Shown piece by piece: positions 19,734 through 28,861 of a DNA stretch of 64,000 nt. The stretch is from IMG/VR virus record IMGVR_UViG_3300023170_004399, positions 128,001-192,000 of that record; one strand, 5' to 3'. How positions within the stretch are numbered: position 1 is the stretch's first letter; each line of letters opens with the position of its first letter. The DNA comes from a virus. Taxonomy: Duplodnaviria > Caudoviricetes. The notes beneath the pieces were generated by a model that saw nothing but the letters and a program-made list of their open reading frames with translations, did no database searches and was not told where the DNA came from. A program made the translations under genes and the position numbers.

Positions 19734-20249
19734 ATGGCTAAAAGAAAAGGCTTCACATTAGTTGAATCAAATAAAAACGGTCAAGATGGACAAAAAGGTA
19801 GATCTAATCATGCCAGATTAGCTGCAGCCTACCCAGGTAGCCCGGCTTATAGTGGTGATTATGGTGATCAGACTGTTCATGATTTACAGAAAAAAGAATT
19901 GCTAACTGGTAAAGTTATTAATGGGCACATGTTTGCTAGTTATGATAGAGATTTTACCGGTGATGGAACAATCTCACCACCCGGTTATGCGGAAGTTGAT
20001 GTTGATGGTGCAAACTTATCTAATCCTTTTATGGCAAATCTAGGATCCCCCGGTGAAGGTTCTTTTGATGATGATTCTAAACCAGCACCTAGTGAGCATT
20101 TGCAAGATGCAGAAGCTATTGTAAAAGATAATTTTGGAACAGGCGATAATATTGTACTGCGTAATCCAAAATCAACTAGTGAAAAAGCTGCTTTAGGCGA
20201 TCCTTCTACTCTTCAAAAAGGTGTTAGCCCTGCTAGTGCGAAAAGTTAA
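19734..20249 (+). CDS. Hypothetical head-module protein
   Basis: AGGAG SD; Gly/Asp/Pro-rich; no motif recognised. Confidence 0.6.
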   Translation: MAKRKGFTLVESNKNGQDGQKGRSNHARLAAAYPGSPAYSGDYGDQTVHDLQKKELLTGKVINGHMFASYDRDFTGDGTISPPGYAEVDVDGANLSNPFMANLGSPGEGSFDDDSKPAPSEHLQDAEAIVKDNFGTGDNIVLRNPKSTSEKAALGDPSTLQKGVSPASAKS

Positions 20250-20252
20250 TAA

Positions 20253-20831
20253 ATGACACATTCAAAAGTATCAATCGGAGGCGGAAATTTTCCGGCCAGT
20301 CATGGTGACAGTAGAGACGGGCTAGGTTATGGTCGTCTCCGACCTACTTATGGAATGAAAAGTATGGGTAACAACTACCCGTATACGTGGGAAGAAGATA
20401 GCGATTTTGACTGGGAAGACGCTGATGTCGATGAAGAAGATATAGCAGCTGTTTCTGATAAACAACAGGGTCCGAGAGACTATGATCATGGTGGTGGGCA
20501 TTATGATCCTTTTTCTTTTGCTGGTGGGAATACTAAACTAGGTGAAGCGACGTCTATAAGTCCTATACCACACAGTAAATTGTATGGTAAAAACTTTAAA
20601 AGAAGTGCTGTTGGTGGCACTAAAACTGGAAAGGTTATCCCTGCAGTCAAGCACAGTACTGTGCCAGACACTTATGGTAGCAATGATGGTTTTTCTACAA
20701 TTTTAAGCTATGATGGCAACCATTATGATGAAAATGAAAATGAGGAAGATATATATAATTTAGAGGACGTTGCTAATGTCCAACAAGAAAATCTTTTAAG
20801 AAAATATATAAGAAATTTAATTGAGGTGTAA
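20253..20831 (+). CDS. Hypothetical acidic/Gly-rich head-module protein
   Basis: Packed between neighbours; C-terminal LLRKYIRNLIEV motif. Confidence 0.6.
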   Translation: MTHSKVSIGGGNFPASHGDSRDGLGYGRLRPTYGMKSMGNNYPYTWEEDSDFDWEDADVDEEDIAAVSDKQQGPRDYDHGGGHYDPFSFAGGNTKLGEATSISPIPHSKLYGKNFKRSAVGGTKTGKVIPAVKHSTVPDTYGSNDGFSTILSYDGNHYDENENEEDIYNLEDVANVQQENLLRKYIRNLIEV

Positions 20832-21083
20832 ATGTCAAAAAAAGGTCACTCTAAGGGTAATTTTACTGTTAGGCACAAATTTAACAAGAAAAAAGCAAAG
20901 TTTCAAGACATGAGTTTAGAAGATCAAAACATGTTGTTAGTTAAAAAGTTTCAGAAAAAATTTAAACAAAGCGGCATTATAAAGGAATTAAGAGATAAGG
21001 TTGCTCCTATAACTCGCGGTCAAAAAAGACGGGCTAAAATTAAGGCGGGCATTAGAAGGGCTAAAAAATCACAAAAAAAATAG
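20832..21083 (+). CDS. rpsU: Divergent ribosomal protein bS21-like protein
   Basis: LVKKFQKKFKQSGIIKELRDK...QKRRAKIKAGIRR aligns without gaps to the bS21 core (E. coli [21 protein letters not shown]...ERKRAKASAVKR, recalled); 83 aa, very basic; GAGGTG SD. Confidence 0.7.
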   Translation: MSKKGHSKGNFTVRHKFNKKKAKFQDMSLEDQNMLLVKKFQKKFKQSGIIKELRDKVAPITRGQKRRAKIKAGIRRAKKSQKK

Positions 21084-21134
21084 TTTATCTTATTTTAGGT
21101 AATAATTAATGAATAGTTTTTACGGAGAAATGTT

Positions 21135-22949
21135 GTGAAAAGTATATATGAGCAAGCTATTGCTGATGCTAAGAAACTCAAAGAAATTGCAGAAGCAAAC
21201 GCTACTAATAAAATTATAGAAGCAGTAACACCAAAAATAAGAAGACTTATTGAGCAAGAATTAGAGGGTGATGAGCTTGTTGATGATGATATGGAAGATT
21301 TAATTGATGATCAAGATGATTTAGATGATCTAGATGACGATGATTTAGATGATGACATCGATGATGAAATGGATGATTTAGATGACGAATTAGACATGGA
21401 AGATGAAGCTTATGATCCGGGTGGAGACTATGGTTCTGATGTAGAATTCAATCTAGATGGTATGTCAGATGATTTAGGTATGGAAGATGCAGGAAGTGAC
21501 TATGATATGGATGTTGATTTTTCTGCAAATGATGAACCAATATCTGTCGACACTGATATGTCAATGCCTGATAGTGATAGTGGTAAAAATGTTACTTTTA
21601 ATATCACTGTTGAGCAAGCAGCAAATAAAAATTTAAAACATTTGTCTGGTAGAAAGAGATATAAGCTTATGAAAGATAGAGCTGGTTTCCTTATTGCAAA
21701 ATTAGCAGAGTCAAAAAATAGACGCCAGCAAAAGAAAATTTTATCTGAATTAGCGAAAATTAAAAAACAGTTAATACTTATAAACAATGGAACAAAAACA
21801 GTCCTCACTGAGGGTATTTCTAAGTTACTAAAGGAGAGTAATATGAATAGAAGAAATCGTCGACGTAGTCGACTTAATGAAAACGCCTGGTGGTTGTTTG
21901 AAGCTGAGGGCGATGAAAAAGAAGCAGAAGAAGCAGAAGCTGGATTCGATGATGAAGAAGAAGGCGGAGACGAAGAAGACTTTGACATGGATGATGAAGA
22001 CATGGGTGAAGACGAAGAAATAGACGTCGATGTTGATGCGATTAAATCTGCTGTCGAAGATCTTGCTGCGGCCGTTGGTTTAGAAGTAGATGAAGGTGGA
22101 GCAGATGATGAAGACATGGACTTCGGAGATGATGAAGACATGGACTTCGATGATGAAGATTTTGGAGACGATGATGCTGATGCCGATGATGCTGATGATG
22201 CTGATGCCGATGAAGGTTACATGGCTGAAGAAGATGAGAAAGAAGTTGTTGAAATTTCTGAATCTATGCTTCGAAGAGAACTTAGAAAAATGAATGAGTC
22301 GAAAAGACGTCGTAGAAGAACACCTAGAAGAAGACGTAGATTAAGAGAAAGCGAAGCTAAAGATGCAGCATCTTCTTTTGGTGGTGGAAAAGCTGAGAAA
22401 GATATGTTCGTAGATGTTTCTGAAGAATCATTGCTTAATGCATTGGCTGAAGAGCTAGGTGATGCTCATGATATGACTATCAACTCTGAGCATGCAGAAG
22501 GCGGCGCAGATAAAATGGTTGGTCACTTTGGTGGTGGATCAATTCAAAAAGGTGTTGTACCTGAAGCTCGATTGCGTAGAGAAAGACGCAGAGCTCGAAT
22601 TGCAGAAAGAAAAGCAATAGCTGCTAAAAAAGAATTGCGTGAGTCGAATCTTTTTAACGCAAAGTTGCTTTATGTTAATAAACTTTTACAAAACCATAAC
22701 TTGTCAAAGAAACAACAACGTGCTATTGTTGAGGCTCTCGATAATGCTAAAACAGTACGTGAAGCAAAATTGTTATTTACTTCTTTGACAGAATCACTTC
22801 AGAGACGTAACACTAAGGGCAGTGCACGTCGATTGTCTGAAGGGCGTATAATAGGATCTGGATCAAGCAAATCAGTCCGTAGTGGGTCTCCTGCTAAAAT
22901 TGGAACTGAGTTAGATCGATGGCAGGTACTCGCTGGTATTAAAAAATAA
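21135..22949 (+). CDS. Prohead core/scaffolding protein with long acidic low-complexity tracts
   Basis: Directly upstream of the capsid gene; GGAG + GTG; Asp/Glu-rich middle; coiled-coil C-terminus SNLFNAKLLYVNKLL...RWQVLAGI. Confidence 0.8.
   Translation: MKSIYEQAIADAKKLKEIAEANATNKIIEAVTPKIRRLIEQELEGDELVDDDMEDLIDDQDDLDDLDDDDLDDDIDDEMDDLDDELDMEDEAYDPGGDYGSDVEFNLDGMSDDLGMEDAGSDYDMDVDFSANDEPISVDTDMSMPDSDSGKNVTFNITVEQAANKNLKHLSGRKRYKLMKDRAGFLIAKLAESKNRRQQKKILSELAKIKKQLILINNGTKTVLTEGISKLLKESNMNRRNRRRSRLNENAWWLFEAEGDEKEAEEAEAGFDDEEEGGDEEDFDMDDEDMGEDEEIDVDVDAIKSAVEDLAAAVGLEVDEGGADDEDMDFGDDEDMDFDDEDFGDDDADADDADDADADEGYMAEEDEKEVVEISESMLRRELRKMNESKRRRRRTPRRRRRLRESEAKDAASSFGGGKAEKDMFVDVSEESLLNALAEELGDAHDMTINSEHAEGGADKMVGHFGGGSIQKGVVPEARLRRERRRARIAERKAIAAKKELRESNLFNAKLLYVNKLLQNHNLSKKQQRAIVEALDNAKTVREAKLLFTSLTESLQRRNTKGSARRLSEGRIIGSGSSKSVRSGSPAKIGTELDRWQVLAGIKK
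22104..22213 (+). repeat. Two pairs of 24-bp-period coding tandem repeats
   Basis: gatgatgaagacatggacttcg at 22104 and 22128; gatgatgctgatgccgatga at 22170 and 22194. Confidence 0.85.
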
Positions 22950-23001
22950 GCCCGTTCAATTATACCTTAATTTATAAAACAAAATTTATTGGAGATTTTT
23001 T

Positions 23002-24975
23002 ATGTCTTTTAATGTAAAAATGTTGACTGAAGGTATCCGTGAACGACACATGGGCGCTCAACACAAACGCCTAGTCGAGAAATGGAACCGCACCGGTCTA
23101 CTTAGAGGTCTTAATGGCCAAAACAAAGAAAATATGTCTGTATTGCTTGAAAACCAAGCTGCTCAAGTATTGCGTGAAGCTAACACACTTGGAAATGGTG
23201 GATCTGCTTCCGGTGATATTCGTGGTTTCCAAAACGTAGCATTTCCTATCGTTCGTCGTGTATTCGGTGGATTGGTTGCTAACGAATTGGTTTCTATTCA
23301 ACCAATGTCACTTCCTTCCGGACTTCTTTTCTATCTAGATTACACATACGGATCAAATGTTGGTGGATCAGATCAATCTGGAACAGATAACGACAGCTCA
23401 GTGTACACTTCTGGACAATCTATTTATAACAATCCTACTGGTAAGGGAATTCAAAGCGGTTCTCAAGCAACTGGTGGTCAATACGACTTGCTTGGTTCTG
23501 GTTTTTCCAGACGTCATGTAACACAAAAGTTTGACAACTCTGATAGTGAATTAATTTTAGGTGCATTTACAGATTTTAATACTTGGTCTACTACAACAAA
23601 TCTTATTCAAGAAGGTACAGCTAGTGCCGATGCTCAGGACTTGTTCTCTGCAGGTAACGGTCGTTTTTCTGGATATGATACAGCACTTGCTAATCGTATT
23701 GACAATGGTGATTATGATGCAATTTGGGCTTTGGTAAAGCTTTCTCAACTAACTAGTTCTTTGGGCAAAGTTGATGAAACCATGGTTAAAGACATCGGTC
23801 TTTTTACAACTGGTACAGTTAACGTCAGTACTAACATAGGTGCTTTTGACACAACTGATCAGCCTGGTAACAACCTTCTTAACCTTCGAAGATTGAATCA
23901 AATTGTACAATACAATAGTAGTACAAACAAAGTAACTCCTGCACCACTAGCGACATCTGATGTAGCTGATGCATATCTTTTGACACTTCTTCGAATGGAT
24001 GGAGCTTTAACTATAGTTCCTGCATCTGGTGACATTGGTGACGAAGATATTTCTGTTTCTTATCCTATTAAGGCACAGCTTGATGTTGGTTCTACAACTG
24101 GTGATGCATTGACTATTCCAACATTCGAATCAAACCTTGATAGCCAAAACGGTAGTTCTTATTCACAAGTTTCCCCTGTTATTCCAGAAATTGATATCAA
24201 AATTGAATCTCTTTCAGTAACAGCTGTAACTCGTAAGTTGCGTGCTCGTTGGTCTCCAGAATTGGCACAAGATCTTAATGCTTATCACTCATTGGATGCT
24301 GAAGTTGAATTGACACAAATCCTTTCCGAGCAAATTGCTCTTGAATTGGACCGTGAAATTCTTAATGACTTGTTGACAGCTGCTAATGGTGCTAACTTCT
24401 TCTGGTCACGTGCTCCTGGAAAATTTGTTAACAAAGAGCGTGGAACAACTATAAAACGTGCAGAAGGTACATCAACAGCTGATCCTGGACCTAACTTTAC
24501 TGGTACAGTTCGTGAATGGTATGAAACTCTTGTTGAGACCATTATTGATGTAGCTAACACAATTCAACGTAAGACATTGCGTGGATCAGCTAACTTTATC
24601 GTAGTTGGACCTGATGTTGCTACTATTCTTGAAGCTTCAGTAATGTACAAGCCTTCATATACACTTGATGGTGATGGACAAGCACAAGCTGGTCTTACAA
24701 TCGGTGCAGAACGTGTTGGTAACTTGACAAACCGTTTCACAGTTTATAAAGATCCTTACTTCCCACGTAACAAGATTCTTGTCGGTTACAAAGGTGGATC
24801 TTACCTTGAAACAGGTTATGTATATGCTCCTTACGTACCTCTTATCGTAACACCTACAATCTTTGCTCCTGAAGACTTCACACCACGTAAGGGTGTAATG
24901 ACTCGATACGGAAAGAAGATGGTTCGATCAGACTTCTACGGAACTGTAACATGTTTGGATATGAACATCATCTAA
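23002..24975 (+). CDS. gp23: Major capsid protein (T4 gp23-like)
   Basis: FPIVRRVFGGLVANELVSIQPM, TRKLRARWSPELAQDLNAYHSLDAEVEL, GYVYAPYVPL, PRKGVMTRYGK. Confidence 0.97.
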   Translation: MSFNVKMLTEGIRERHMGAQHKRLVEKWNRTGLLRGLNGQNKENMSVLLENQAAQVLREANTLGNGGSASGDIRGFQNVAFPIVRRVFGGLVANELVSIQPMSLPSGLLFYLDYTYGSNVGGSDQSGTDNDSSVYTSGQSIYNNPTGKGIQSGSQATGGQYDLLGSGFSRRHVTQKFDNSDSELILGAFTDFNTWSTTTNLIQEGTASADAQDLFSAGNGRFSGYDTALANRIDNGDYDAIWALVKLSQLTSSLGKVDETMVKDIGLFTTGTVNVSTNIGAFDTTDQPGNNLLNLRRLNQIVQYNSSTNKVTPAPLATSDVADAYLLTLLRMDGALTIVPASGDIGDEDISVSYPIKAQLDVGSTTGDALTIPTFESNLDSQNGSSYSQVSPVIPEIDIKIESLSVTAVTRKLRARWSPELAQDLNAYHSLDAEVELTQILSEQIALELDREILNDLLTAANGANFFWSRAPGKFVNKERGTTIKRAEGTSTADPGPNFTGTVREWYETLVETIIDVANTIQRKTLRGSANFIVVGPDVATILEASVMYKPSYTLDGDGQAQAGLTIGAERVGNLTNRFTVYKDPYFPRNKILVGYKGGSYLETGYVYAPYVPLIVTPTIFAPEDFTPRKGVMTRYGKKMVRSDFYGTVTCLDMNII

Positions 24976-25009
24976 TCTAGTTATTAGATATATTGTTCAA
25001 CAATGTAAG

Positions 25010-25035
25010 AAAGGTGGCTTCGGTCACCTTTTTTT
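25010..25035 (+). terminator. Intrinsic terminator with a C(UUCG)G tetraloop after the capsid gene
   Basis: aaaggtggc-ttcg-gtcaccttt followed by a T7 run. Confidence 0.9.
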
Positions 25036-25062
25036 ATACAATGTTATATAAACTAGTATATT
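25034..25062 (+). promoter_or_regulatory. Candidate promoter TTATAC-N17-TATATT
   Basis: Overlaps the terminator T-run; upstream of ATG 25113. Confidence 0.5.
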
Positions 25063-25112
25063 ATATTGTCTCATTCAGAGACATTATTTACACGTTACAC
25101 GGAGAGTTTTTT

Positions 25113-25325
25113 ATGAGTAAAAACCCATATACGACAAGAGCAGATCTGTTAAGCCAAGCAGAACATATATTACATCGCAAATACGAAGATGCTAAAGGTA
25201 GGCTTTTTTTATTAATCGACAAAACTGGAAAAAGTCCTTCTGAAGTCAAATGGCCTGATCCACCCACGACAGAGGAAATTATTGCAGAGGCAGAAAAATT
25301 ATATCAATTTGTAAATAAAAAGTAG
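25113..25325 (+). CDS. Small hypothetical phage protein (70 aa)
   Basis: GGAG at 25101-25104; start moved from 24993; MSKNPYTTRADLL...PTTEEIIAEAEKLYQFV resembles, from memory, a small T4-like phage family. Confidence 0.7.
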   Translation: MSKNPYTTRADLLSQAEHILHRKYEDAKGRLFLLIDKTGKSPSEVKWPDPPTTEEIIAEAEKLYQFVNKK

Positions 25326-25352
25326 TATTTTAAAACTTTTGTATAATTAAAA

Positions 25353-25385
25353 GAGGAAGCAGTTTACATACAGCTTCCTCGTTTT
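25353..25385 (+). terminator. Hairpin, weak terminator or 5' stabilising stem
   Basis: gaggaagc-N12-gcttcctc then gtttt; directly follows ATAATTA at 25343-25349. Confidence 0.5.
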
Positions 25386-25429
25386 ATAATGTTTATTATC
25401 TTTATATTATTAAGTTATGGGAGTTAGTT

Positions 25430-25735
25430 ATGGCTATTACAAAGAAAACAACAAAAACTGTTACGACAGATAAGCAAACTGTAGAGAAAGAAGAGTGTTG
25501 CCAAGCTTGTGAAAAAAATGTTAAGGAGTTAGAGGCAAAGATTGGTAGTTTAGAAAAAAGTCTATCAGAAGCTTTGTCGCTTGTTAAAGAATTGCAAGAA
25601 AAAGTTAGTTCTACCCCTAAGCCTGTGGCTGCAACTGCTGGAACAGTTGACGGTGAGGCAAGATCTGCAATTAGAGATGTCATTAAAATATTAAGGTCAA
25701 ACAGAAGACCAAATATGGAATGGCCAAAAATCTAG
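25430..25735 (+). CDS. Hypothetical coiled-coil protein
   Basis: GGGAG SD; heptad-like VKELEAKIGSLEKSLSEALSLVKELQEKV. Confidence 0.65.
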   Translation: MAITKKTTKTVTTDKQTVEKEECCQACEKNVKELEAKIGSLEKSLSEALSLVKELQEKVSSTPKPVAATAGTVDGEARSAIRDVIKILRSNRRPNMEWPKI

Positions 25736-25773
25736 ATTTTATAGGTTTTTTAAAATATATTTGCAGATATTTT

Positions 25774-25802
25774 AAAGAGGGTAGGTAAACCCTCTTTTTT
25801 TT
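25774..25802 (+). terminator. Intrinsic terminator
   Basis: aaagagggt-aggtaa-accctcttt followed by a T8 run. Confidence 0.85.
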
Positions 25803-25843
25803 GTTTTTATTATATAATTAGAATAAGAAACCGGAGAAATATA

Positions 25844-27025
25844 TTGGCCACTTTTGAAAATACTGTAAATCCAACACCCTTTGGTGTTTTTGATAGTGAT
25901 GCTGCATTTATAGCACATGCAGATTCTATGTTTACTTTTGTACGTAGAAAACTAGGTGATGATATACTCTCTGTGGAATTAACAAAGAAGCAAGTATGGG
26001 CTAGTTTTGAGGAAGCTGTATTTGAATATTCTAAAATGATTAACGAATACCAAGCAAAGTCACAAATAGGTAATTTGTTAGGCGAAAGTACTGGTAGTTT
26101 AGATGGCAATTATGGCCCTACTGGTTTACAAGGCAAATTTCCTAGAGAAACATTTGAATTTTTAATGCGTAAATCTGAACCTTATATTGCTCATGCAGGT
26201 TTAGGTGGATCATGGAATAATGTAAGCGGCAGTATTGCCTTAACTGCTGGACAACAAGATTACGATTTAGCAACAGACTTAAAAGATGGTGATGGAAACT
26301 TATTAATTGATCAAGCTAATGGAAAACTTAGAATATGGGAGATATTTCATTTTAGCCCACAAGCAGCATATAGATTTTTTGATACAACTTCAGCTATTAA
26401 CTATTTGAATAACGAATTTGCTTTTGAAAGTTTTACTCCAGAAACTGTCTTCTATGTACTGCCAGTATATGAAGATTTATTGCGTGCACAACAAATGGAC
26501 GTTTCTAATCGTGTGCGACGAAGTAATTATAGTTACACAATAACTGGTACTAAATTACGCATATTTCCAAAACCTTCTGCAGATCAAGCGACACAAAAAC
26601 TATGGCTAAATGTTGGTTTTCCAATGACTGGTACTTCTATATCAACTTATACAGATCCTTCGATTGATGGTGTTTCGGGTTTGCACAATGTCCCTTTTGG
26701 CACATTAGAATATAAGGCAATTAATTCAACGGGGCATCAATGGATAAGACAATATACATTAGCTTTATCAAAAGAAATTTTAGGCTTGGTAAGAAGCAAG
26801 TTTGGTAGCGTACCTATACCTAATGGTGACTTACAGCTTAATGGATCTGATTTATTAAGTCAAGCTCAAACAGAAAAAACAGAATTAAAAACGAGTCTTA
26901 AAGAAATGCTTGAGAGTATGACGTATGATAAAATATTAGAAACTGCGGCAGCGGAAGCAGAATCTAAAAACAGATTGTTAAAGTTAGTGCCAGTTCCTTT
27001 AGGCAAATGTATAACTATAGGATAA
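25844..27025 (+). CDS. Neck/head-completion protein (gp13-like)
   Basis: GGAG + TTG start; RRKLGDDILSVELT and WIRQYTLALSKEILGLVRSKF...LNG segments; position after the capsid gene. Confidence 0.75.
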   Translation: MATFENTVNPTPFGVFDSDAAFIAHADSMFTFVRRKLGDDILSVELTKKQVWASFEEAVFEYSKMINEYQAKSQIGNLLGESTGSLDGNYGPTGLQGKFPRETFEFLMRKSEPYIAHAGLGGSWNNVSGSIALTAGQQDYDLATDLKDGDGNLLIDQANGKLRIWEIFHFSPQAAYRFFDTTSAINYLNNEFAFESFTPETVFYVLPVYEDLLRAQQMDVSNRVRRSNYSYTITGTKLRIFPKPSADQATQKLWLNVGFPMTGTSISTYTDPSIDGVSGLHNVPFGTLEYKAINSTGHQWIRQYTLALSKEILGLVRSKFGSVPIPNGDLQLNGSDLLSQAQTEKTELKTSLKEMLESMTYDKILETAAAEAESKNRLLKLVPVPLGKCITIG

Positions 27026-27035
27026 AGGATAAATA

Positions 27036-27680
27036 ATGGCTAGATTATTCATAACACCAAAAGAAATAGATTTTATTTCAGACTTGACAAAAGAAATAAC
27101 AAAAGATGTTATAGGTCAAGTTATTTACTATTATAGAGTTCGTCAAGATGTTTCGAATGTACATGATATTTACAATGAAAGTATTGATAAAATATTTGAT
27201 CCTCCGATTGAAATAGATTGTAGATTTGAATGGGACCAAGGAACAGTAAATATTGATAAGTTTAGTTATGATAGAACATATAATGTCTCTGTATATATTC
27301 ATTTTAGAGACATGATAGATAGAAATATAGATTTAATGCCGGGTGACTATTTTAGTTTTGGAGAAAACTTTTTTGAAGTTACAACTATAGTCTATGACAA
27401 AATGATTTTTGGTCAAATAGAACATTTAACTGGTTATATACTTAAGGCAAAAACAGCTAGAAAAGGTCTTATCAATAAAACTCCGATTGGCCCGACGTCA
27501 GAAATTTATACTGAAGATGATGCTGTGCAAACTGAATTTACGCAGCAACGTGGAAACAGTGAAAAAAGTGATAAAAGAGAATTGGTATCTGATGGCACTT
27601 TGGAAGAATCTATTACTGGTGCAAAAACAGTTAAAAAAGAAGATGGCGCTATTAAATCTTCATTTTATGGTGACCAATAA
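27036..27680 (+). CDS. Neck protein (gp14-like)
   Basis: GQVIYYY...HDIYNES...FDPPIEI...PGDYF pattern; follows the gp13-like gene. Confidence 0.65.
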   Translation: MARLFITPKEIDFISDLTKEITKDVIGQVIYYYRVRQDVSNVHDIYNESIDKIFDPPIEIDCRFEWDQGTVNIDKFSYDRTYNVSVYIHFRDMIDRNIDLMPGDYFSFGENFFEVTTIVYDKMIFGQIEHLTGYILKAKTARKGLINKTPIGPTSEIYTEDDAVQTEFTQQRGNSEKSDKRELVSDGTLEESITGAKTVKKEDGAIKSSFYGDQ

Positions 27681-28816
27681 TGTCGACTAGGTTTAAAATC
27701 AACAAGGTCCCAAGTATAGGGACGCAAAGATTCTACAAGTATGACAAAATAGAGGAAACAGTAGATGATTTTTACTTACCTTCTTGTGGTATCGAAGATG
27801 TTGACAGAGCACTTTTTAACCTTTTTGATAAAGATTTAAATTTTATTAACACAGAAGGTGGACAGACAAAAAAAGTGCCTGTTATTTTTGCTACTGGTGA
27901 AAGAGCTTTTTTACTAAGGAAGAAAATACCACTGCATGATGTTAATGAAACTTTGATATTACCTATTATATCCATAGTCAGATCATCAATTGAACAAGGT
28001 AGTGAAGCTGGTGTTGGACCTGGAAATGGTGAAATGATCATTTCTAAAAAAATAAGTGAAAAAAATGCAGACTACAAAGTTTTAACGGATAAAGATTTAA
28101 GAAACAAAGCAGAAAAAGCATCTGTAAATGGTTACAGAAACACAAGATCAAAAATAGCTGTTCAAAATACTTCCAGTGATAACATATATGAAATTATTAC
28201 TATGCCGTCACCTAGGTATTTTAAAGTTACGTATGAAATAACTTTTTGGACGCATTATCAAACGCAAATGAATAACATGTTAGAAATATTAATGCAATCA
28301 TACAACATTAATCCAGCAAGAAGTTTTCGAATTGAAACTGATAAAGGTTATTGGTTTGTAGCTACTGTTGATCAAAGTTTTAGTCAACAAAGTAACACAG
28401 ACAGTTATTCTGAAGATGAAAGAATGGTAAGACAAAGTTTTAATGTTAGTGTAAATGGTTACTTAATAAACCCATCGGGTGATGGTCATTTACCAGTTTT
28501 GAAAAAATACACTTCAGCTCCAATGTTAAATTTTACTTTACAGACTGATGATTTTGACAAAAAACCAACAAATAATGTTGCTAGTTCAAATCCAGATGAT
28601 TATATATATAAAGACTTTGAAAATGAAGCAGATCCTTTGCCTACTAGAGTTGTTGCAAAAAAAGGTGAGTTAAATGATGGTATTATGCGTGAGACTAATA
28701 TAATTAAAAATAACAGAGTAGTTTCGAAAGTAAATGACCCTTTTTCTAGTAAAAATGTTCGTGCAAATATACAAAAAGGTTCAAAAGGTGAATTGATTAT
28801 TAAAGTTTTGGAATAA
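27680..28816 (+). CDS. Tail terminator/sheath stabiliser (gp15-like)
   Basis: VPVIFATGER, LILPIISIVR, PRYFKVTYEITFWT; lies between neck and sheath. Confidence 0.65.
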   Translation: MSTRFKINKVPSIGTQRFYKYDKIEETVDDFYLPSCGIEDVDRALFNLFDKDLNFINTEGGQTKKVPVIFATGERAFLLRKKIPLHDVNETLILPIISIVRSSIEQGSEAGVGPGNGEMIISKKISEKNADYKVLTDKDLRNKAEKASVNGYRNTRSKIAVQNTSSDNIYEIITMPSPRYFKVTYEITFWTHYQTQMNNMLEILMQSYNINPARSFRIETDKGYWFVATVDQSFSQQSNTDSYSEDERMVRQSFNVSVNGYLINPSGDGHLPVLKKYTSAPMLNFTLQTDDFDKKPTNNVASSNPDDYIYKDFENEADPLPTRVVAKKGELNDGIMRETNIIKNNRVVSKVNDPFSSKNVRANIQKGSKGELIIKVLE

Positions 28817-28861
28817 TGAAAAAAATCAACATATTTAATGTATGATGAAAGGAGATTATTA

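Noticed and set aside
21500-22141. 213-aa Ser-rich minus-strand ORF
   Set aside because: Antisense shadow of the GAT/GAA-rich scaffold; no SD or promoter.
24993-25112. N-terminal 40 codons of ORF 24993-25325
   Set aside because: They run through the capsid terminator and a promoter; the SD-supported start is 25113.
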